Assembly: GCA_044871215.1 (NCBI GenBank)
Contig: JBIOZO010000077.1
Location: 1-27,854, forward strand
Direction of reading: 5' to 3'
DNA: 27,854 nt
From: Gaiellaceae bacterium
Lineage (GTDB): Bacteria > Actinomycetota > Thermoleophilia > Gaiellales > Gaiellaceae
In this document: piece by piece, positions 22,447 through 27,854 of the stretch
Layout of the letters: each line of letters starts with the position of its first letter
Numbering within the stretch: the stretch's first letter is position 1
Notes under the pieces: model-generated
Told to the model about the DNA's origin: nothing
Database searches by the model: none
Seen by the model: only the letters and a program-made list of their open reading frames with translations
Translations under genes and position numbers: made by a program

Positions 22447-24933
22447 TTACGCCTCGGCGGCCGGTGCGGATTGCGGCTCCGGCTGCTGCGCGGCCGGCTT
22501 CGGCCCGTTCCGCGACTGCTTCGGCTGGTTCTGGCCTTGCCCCTGGGTCTGCGCCTGGCCCTTCTTCTTACGCTTACGGCGTCTGCGGCGGGATCTACCG
22601 CCCGCGGCCTTCGGGGCCGGCAGATTGTCGGCGAGCGCGGTCGCGACCTCCTGGATCGTGCCGAGCCGCTCGCGGGCCGCGTCGATCAGCTGGTTCGCGC
22701 GCGGTGTGTAGCCCTCGGCCGAAGCCAGCAGCGCGGCCCCGACCTCTCGTGACTGATCCAGAGCTGCGTTGACGAGCTTCGCCGCGTTCTCCTCGTGCCG
22801 GTGGCCTCGCGAGTTGGCGAGTGCGCCGAGGAGCCGCTTGGCCTCCGGGAACTCGGCGCTGGCTCGCCGATCCTGAACCTTCCGGGTCGAGCGGGCGAGC
22901 CGCCACGTCCAGCGCGCCAGGATTTGCTCGGGCGCGTCGACCTTCGACTCGCCGAGCGCGCGCAGCAGCGTTCGAACACCTTGCACGCGATCCTTTTCCC
23001 AGGTCGGAGCCTGCGTCACGAGCGTGACCAGGTCGTCGAAGTCGGCGCGCTCGACCTTCATCGAGACGCGGTCGGCCAGCGCAGTCAGGCGCAGCCGTCG
23101 GTTCGGGTTCTCGGCGGCGCACGCGGTGAGGAACTGCTCGAGCGCGCCGCGGTTCGCCTTGCCTTCGGTGAACTTCTTCACGAACTCGACGCGCTCGTCG
23201 AAGCGGACGGCACGGCCGGCGATGGTGGCCCAGTAGAGCTGCTCGTCGTCGTCGAGGAAGTGCGGGTCGATGCGCTGCCACTCGCGGTCGATCACGGCGA
23301 GGCGGCGCTTCACGTCAGGGGTGACCGGCACGAGCCACGGCGCCGGCGAGAGCTTCCGCCGCGCCCGCCGCTGGACGCGCCGCCGCGGAGCGGGCGTCAC
23401 ACGCGCGCCCTCGCGGTAGAAGTCCGCGTCGAGCAGGCTGTGCAGCGAGACGACGCGCTCGTTGTGCGTCGCGCCCTTCGGGACGAAGTCGACGACGACG
23501 CCGGCTTCCTTGCGCGGGTGCATGCGCATGATCCGGCCGATGCGCTGCTGGTAGACGCGGCGCGAGGCGGTCGGCGCGAGGTGCATGCAAACCGTGGCGC
23601 GCGGCGAGTTCCAGCCCTCGGCGAGGAGCATCGCGTTGATCAGCACGTTGATCTCTCCCCGCTCGTAGGCCGCGAGCGTCTCGGCGAGCTGCACTGGCGG
23701 CGTCTTGCCGCTGACCGCCTCGGCCTTCAGGCCGACCGCGCGGAACTCCTTCGCCAGGTTGTACGCGTGCTCGACACCGGCCGCGTAGACGATCCCCGGC
23801 GTGTTCTCGAAGCGGTCGCGGTAGAGGCTCGCGGCCGCCTGGTTTAGTGCCTGGTGGTCGAGCACCGCTGCCAGGGCGCGCTCCTCGAAGTCGCCGCCGA
23901 CGATCGGCACCGACGAGATCGCGGCCGCCGGCGGCACGCGCAGGCAGCGCAAGGGCGCGATCAGGCCACGCCGCGCGGCGTCCCCGAGGGGCAGCTCGTC
24001 GATCGAGGCCGGGAAGACGTCCGAGACCTGCTTGGCGATCAGCTGCTCGGTCGCCGTCATGCCGATGTAGATCGGGTCCGAGAAGCTGCGGATTGCCTGG
24101 CTCGTCTTCTCGCCGAGCGCCGTGTGCGCCTCGTCCGCGATCACGAGCTGGTAGACGGTCGGATCGAGGTCCTTCCAGTGCCGGGCGAACCAGGCGTAGG
24201 TTTGGACGGTGACGGGATTCTTCGACTTCGCGTGCGTTCCCTTGAGGACGGCGTCCTCGAAACGCTTGCCATAGCCCTCCGCGGTCAGCTCGCGGTTGAA
24301 CTGCGAGACGAGCAGCCGGCGGTGCGTGAGGATGAGGACGCCCAGCGTGCGCGCCGCCTCGACGAAGCCGGCCGCGGCGATCGTCTTTCCCGAGGCGGTG
24401 GGGTGGCGGAAGCGGTAGCGCCGGCTCGCGCCGGGGTCCTTGCCGTGATGCTCCTCGGGCAGCTCGAGCTCGTCGGCCCGCTCCTCGAGGTGAACGCCGA
24501 GATCCTCCTCGTCCTCCTCGGGCTCGGCCTCGTGGTGCCCGTTCTCGCCGTTGCCGTTGCCGTTCGCCTCCGCGACCTGGGTGGCGGCGATCAGCTCGGT
24601 CAGCATGCCGGCCAGCGCGTCGATCTGGTGACGGCGCAGCTCGGTGCCAGACGCGGTACTGGGCGGCCGCTGGCTGAGCACGCGCTCCAGCCCGAGCATC
24701 AGGGCGTAGCGGATCTTCCATTCGTACGACGGTTCCCGCTCGCCGGCCTCGGTCTCCGCCAGCGCGTCGTCCAGCGCTCGTCGCCTCGCGGTCTCCGGCG
24801 CAAGCGCGACTGCCGGGTCTTCATCCGGATGGAGGAAGGGTTCCCCGGCCCATGCTTCGGCCTGGAGGGCGGAAGCGGCAAGGCCGTCCGGAGCCTCCGG
24901 CGCCAGCGTCGATTGCTGAGTCGCTTCTTGCAT
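22447..24933 (-). CDS. Superfamily II DEAH-box helicase with long N- and C-terminal extensions
   Basis: LRRHQ Q-motif, PTASGKT Walker A, IADEAH, MTAT, LAEGWN and QQRIGRIMR; basic tail RSRRRRRKRKKK. Confidence 0.9.
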   Translation of the reverse strand: MQEATQQSTLAPEAPDGLAASALQAEAWAGEPFLHPDEDPAVALAPETARRRALDDALAETEAGEREPSYEWKIRYALMLGLERVLSQRPPSTASGTELRRHQIDALAGMLTELIAATQVAEANGNGNGENGHHEAEPEEDEEDLGVHLEERADELELPEEHHGKDPGASRRYRFRHPTASGKTIAAAGFVEAARTLGVLILTHRRLLVSQFNRELTAEGYGKRFEDAVLKGTHAKSKNPVTVQTYAWFARHWKDLDPTVYQLVIADEAHTALGEKTSQAIRSFSDPIYIGMTATEQLIAKQVSDVFPASIDELPLGDAARRGLIAPLRCLRVPPAAAISSVPIVGGDFEERALAAVLDHQALNQAAASLYRDRFENTPGIVYAAGVEHAYNLAKEFRAVGLKAEAVSGKTPPVQLAETLAAYERGEINVLINAMLLAEGWNSPRATVCMHLAPTASRRVYQQRIGRIMRMHPRKEAGVVVDFVPKGATHNERVVSLHSLLDADFYREGARVTPAPRRRVQRRARRKLSPAPWLVPVTPDVKRRLAVIDREWQRIDPHFLDDDEQLYWATIAGRAVRFDERVEFVKKFTEGKANRGALEQFLTACAAENPNRRLRLTALADRVSMKVERADFDDLVTLVTQAPTWEKDRVQGVRTLLRALGESKVDAPEQILARWTWRLARSTRKVQDRRASAEFPEAKRLLGALANSRGHRHEENAAKLVNAALDQSREVGAALLASAEGYTPRANQLIDAARERLGTIQEVATALADNLPAPKAAGGRSRRRRRKRKKKGQAQTQGQGQNQPKQSRNGPKPAAQQPEPQSAPAAEA

Positions 24934-25041
24934 ACATGCAGCACGTCGCCGTGCCGCGAATCTCAGTGAGAGAGCGCGCTCGTGCGTGTTTCAGTGGCCG
25001 AGCGTCGCAGCCGAAGCATACCCGATCCGGGGGCCGTTGGC

Positions 25042-25632
25042 CTAGCCGCCGAGGCCGCCGAAGACGGCGAACGGGTTGCTGGGAGTGACTTCCCAGACGA
25101 CCTCGCCTCCGGGCTGCGCCTCGCCGTGGAGGCGGCGGGCGAGCTCGCGTGCCTCTTCCTCCGACGAGGCGCCCACGATCACGTACTTCCAGCGGCGCGC
25201 GACGTCGTAGCCCTCGCCCTCGAGCTCGTCGGCGAGCTTCTCCGCCTCGCCGTGCGAGTCACGCTCGACGCGCACCTCCCACGGCGCGTGGCCGTGCTCG
25301 AGCTCCTCTTCCTCCCACGTCTCAGCAGGCGGCTCGCCCGACCAGCGCTCTTCGTCGGGGAGCCAGCGCTCGCTCACCGTCTCCGCCGCCTGGATGCCCT
25401 CCTCGGACAACTCGGCCTCGACGATCTGCCGCGCCTGATCGAGCCCGGCCGGCGAGTCGAGGTAGACGAAAACGGTGTCCTCATCGTTCGACACGGCGAG
25501 CCGCCGGCCCTTCAGCTCGTCCGCGAGGCGTTTCGCCTCGTCGGAACCGCCGCCGACGCCGAGCCGCCCGAGCAGGGTCTCGGCGTGGGCGGCCTCGCCC
25601 AGCTCGACTCGTATGCGCCAGTCGTCGCTCAT
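25042..25632 (-). CDS. Acidic hypothetical protein, 196 aa
   Basis: High GC3; ATGA overlap with the upstream FadB-like stop; two similar beta-alpha halves (DWRIRVEL.../PWEVRVER...). Confidence 0.8.
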   Translation of the reverse strand: MSDDWRIRVELGEAAHAETLLGRLGVGGGSDEAKRLADELKGRRLAVSNDEDTVFVYLDSPAGLDQARQIVEAELSEEGIQAAETVSERWLPDEERWSGEPPAETWEEEELEHGHAPWEVRVERDSHGEAEKLADELEGEGYDVARRWKYVIVGASSEEEARELARRLHGEAQPGGEVVWEVTPSNPFAVFGGLGG

Positions 25633-27608
25633 GCTCTCGCTCCAGCGCCCAGCTCGGCGAGCGGGCGCCCGAACATCCTCTCTGAAATGCCGACCTGGTC
25701 GAGGTACTTGGTGATCCCGCCGAGCCAGAAGGGCCAGCCCGCGCCGAGCAACAGCGCCGTGTCGACGTCCTTAGCCTCGGCGACGACGCCTTCCTCGAGC
25801 AGATGGTGGATCTCGTCCGCCAGCGCCTCGAGAGCCGCGTCGAGCAGCTCCTCGCGCGAGAGCGGCGCCTGCTCGCGGACGACGATGTCGCTGCTGCCCT
25901 CCGCGTAGCCGGCGAGCGTCGGCGAGAGCGGGAAGCGGTCCGGGTAGGCGGCGTGGAGGGTCTCGAGCACGTGGTTGGCGACGCGCGGCCCGACCATCTG
26001 CAGCAGCACCGACGGGGCCATCGGCAGGCCGAGCGCGAGGATCGCCTCGTCCGCCTCGTCGGGGTCGGTGCCGCGCTCGATCGCGTCGAGGACGACGCTC
26101 ATCAGGCGCGTCAAGACGCGGTTGACCACGAAGGCAGGGGCGTCGGCGACGAGCACCGGGCGCTTCCGCAGGCCTTCTGCGAAAGCCCAGGCCGTGGCGA
26201 GCGTCTCGTCGTCGGTCGCCGGGGTGGTGACGAGCTCGACGAGCGGCAGGACTGCGACCGGGTTGAAGAAGTGGATGCCGACGTCGGCGCCCATCTCTTC
26301 GACCGACAGGCTGGAGGTGTTGGTCGCGAGAACGCAGTCGGACCGAGTGTGCTCACGCAGCTCGGCGAAGACATGCTGCTTTACGCCGAGCTCCTCGAAG
26401 ACCGCCTCGAGCACGAGGTCGCAGTCGGCGAAATCCCCGTAATCCGTCGAGGTCGAGACCAGCGAGGCCAGGAAGCGGGCCTTGCCCTCGTCGTAGCGGC
26501 CCCTGGCGACCTGCTCCTCGAGGCTCTCCTCGATCGCCGGCCGGGCCTGGGCAAGCGCTTCTTCGCTGACGTCGCGCATCGCGACCGGCACCTCGAGCCG
26601 GTGGAGCACCAGGGTCGCGAGCTGCGCCGCCATCAGGCCCGCTCCGACGATCCCGACCTTCCGGATCTGCCTGGGCTCGGCCTGTGGTTTCCCGGGCGGG
26701 TTCTTCGCACGCCGCTCGACGAGATCGAATGCGTACAGCGACGCCTGGGCGTGGCGCCCCGGGAGCAGCCTGCCGATGGTGTCCTCCTCGGCCCGGTAGC
26801 CCTCTTCGAGCGACCAGCCGGTAAGCGCGCCCTCGATCAGCTCGAGCGCGTTGTACGGGGCGGGCGTCGCCGTGTGTACTTGGTCGTCGAGGCGCGCGAC
26901 CGCCTTCCGCATCACCTCGGCCACGTCCACTTCGGGCGCACGGTGACTGTCACTGTGACTGTCACCGGGGTTTCCGAGGCCGAGCGCGAACGCGATCGAC
27001 TCGTCGACGAACTCCGCCGGCTCGAGCAGCCGGTCAGCGAAGCCCAGCTCAAAGGCCTTCGGGCCGGTCAGCATCCGGTTCTGGCGGAGCGGGTTCTCCA
27101 CGATGAACTTCACGGCGGCCTCCGGCCCCACGAGCCGCGGGACGAGCTGGGTGCCTCCCCACGCGGGCACGATGCCGAGGAAGCACTCCGGGCAGGCGAA
27201 GTGGCGAACGGCCGTCGAGATCGTGCGCGCGTCGCAGTGCAACGCGATCTCTACACCCCCGCCGAGACACGCGCCGTTGATCGCCGCCACGGTGGGGTAG
27301 GGCAGGGCTCGGATGCGCCCGAACAGCTCGTGGCCGGCGCGGCTTCCCTCGACGGCGAGCTCCTGCGTGGCCCCGGGAAACTCCGTCACGTCGGCGCCCG
27401 CGGCGAAGATGAACGGCTTTCCCGTCAGCACCAGCGCTTCCCACTCGCCCTCCTCCAGCTCGGGCAGCAGCCGCTCGAGCGACTCGAGCGCCCTGCGTCC
27501 GAAGAAGGTCGGCTTCTTGTGGTCCTCGCCGTTGTCGATCGTGACCAGCGCCACCGCACGGCCGTCCGGCGCGAGGACGCGCGCCAGCTTGAACTCAGTG
27601 TCCGGCAG
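25629..27608 (-). CDS. Fatty-acid oxidation multifunctional enzyme (enoyl-CoA hydratase + 3-hydroxyacyl-CoA dehydrogenase, FadB-like); start either CTG 27608 or GTG 27554
   Basis: FAAGADV and CLGGGVE crotonase motifs, GIVGAGLMAAQ NAD-binding, LEAVFEE, ATNTSSLS and GIHFFNPV. Confidence 0.92.
   Translation of the reverse strand: MPDTEFKLARVLAPDGRAVALVTIDNGEDHKKPTFFGRRALESLERLLPELEEGEWEALVLTGKPFIFAAGADVTEFPGATQELAVEGSRAGHELFGRIRALPYPTVAAINGACLGGGVEIALHCDARTISTAVRHFACPECFLGIVPAWGGTQLVPRLVGPEAAVKFIVENPLRQNRMLTGPKAFELGFADRLLEPAEFVDESIAFALGLGNPGDSHSDSHRAPEVDVAEVMRKAVARLDDQVHTATPAPYNALELIEGALTGWSLEEGYRAEEDTIGRLLPGRHAQASLYAFDLVERRAKNPPGKPQAEPRQIRKVGIVGAGLMAAQLATLVLHRLEVPVAMRDVSEEALAQARPAIEESLEEQVARGRYDEGKARFLASLVSTSTDYGDFADCDLVLEAVFEELGVKQHVFAELREHTRSDCVLATNTSSLSVEEMGADVGIHFFNPVAVLPLVELVTTPATDDETLATAWAFAEGLRKRPVLVADAPAFVVNRVLTRLMSVVLDAIERGTDPDEADEAILALGLPMAPSVLLQMVGPRVANHVLETLHAAYPDRFPLSPTLAGYAEGSSDIVVREQAPLSREELLDAALEALADEIHHLLEEGVVAEAKDVDTALLLGAGWPFWLGGITKYLDQVGISERMFGRPLAELGAGARA
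26941..26967. repeat. Intragenic in-frame palindromic repeat
   Basis: CGGTGAC-T-GTCAC-T-GTGAC-T-GTCACCG: two GTGACTGTCAC units, encoding GDSHSDSHR in the FadB-like linker. Confidence 0.7.
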
Positions 27609-27854
27609 CGACGTTCTCCCAGACCAGCGCCGCGCCCATGCCCATCCCGACGCAGAGTGCGCTGAGGCCGTATCGCACCTCCGGCCGCTCGCGGAAGCCG
27701 TAGGCGAGCTGGGCGAGCAGTCGCACGCCGGTCGCGGCCAGCGGGTGGCCGCAGGCGATCGCGCCGCCGTACGGGTTCAGCCGGTGGTCCTGGGGGTCGA
27801 TTCCAACCCCGTCGCACCAGCTGAGCACCTGCACCGCGAACGGCTCGTTCAGCT
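27595..27854 (-). CDS. Thiolase (acetyl-CoA acyltransferase), C-terminal part only; truncated by the window edge
   Basis: LNEPFAVQ, NPYGGAIACGHPLAATG and LCVGMGMG thiolase signatures. Confidence 0.93.
   Translation of the reverse strand, partial: LNEPFAVQVLSWCDGVGIDPQDHRLNPYGGAIACGHPLAATGVRLLAQLAYGFRERPEVRYGLSALCVGMGMGAALVWENVAAGH

Noticed and set aside
495-27665. Numerous long Arg/Pro/Ala-rich alternative-frame and antisense ORFs (e.g. 495-2183, 11942-13714, 16138-18363, 20840-22711, 25803-27665)
   Set aside because: These are shadow ORFs of high-GC coding sequence with no motifs, fully overlapping well-supported genes.
1-27854. CRISPR arrays, IS elements, integrases, prophage genes, tRNA/rRNA
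   Set aside because: No spaced repeat arrays, transposase or integrase motifs, or structural RNA gene signatures were seen.

Overview
High-GC (about 70%, estimated by eye) chromosomal window. Gene content and frequent leaderless starts suggest Actinomycetota, probably Thermoleophilia/Gaiellales-like; this is inference. It is mostly core metabolism: a truncated ABC permease, mug, nadE, an SDR, an acyl-CoA synthetase, an MFS-TetR pair, an AarF/UbiB kinase, selD, a nucleotidyltransferase, an ApgM-like mutase, a CtaA-like protein, PAC2, dipZ, an SF2 helicase, and a FadB-like enzyme with a truncated thiolase. I found no mobile element, CRISPR array, tRNA or rRNA. The main candidate new system is at 10447-12327. 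An XRE-HTH + TPR regulator with NprR/PlcR-like architecture is followed 19 nt later by an unannotated 40-aa ORF with a perfect Shine-Dalgarno and a signal-peptide-like N-terminus. A ~175-nt structured RNA is transcribed divergently from a near-consensus promoter, and a repeated GTCAAGT motif lies between the RNA and the regulator. Together these look like an RRNPP-type peptide-signalling module outside Bacillota. The second highlight is a secreted cupredoxin whose metal site reads His/Asp/His/Leu in amicyanin spacing, matching the substitutions that create engineered 'type zero' copper. No database searches or folding programs were run; all assignments come from motif reading.
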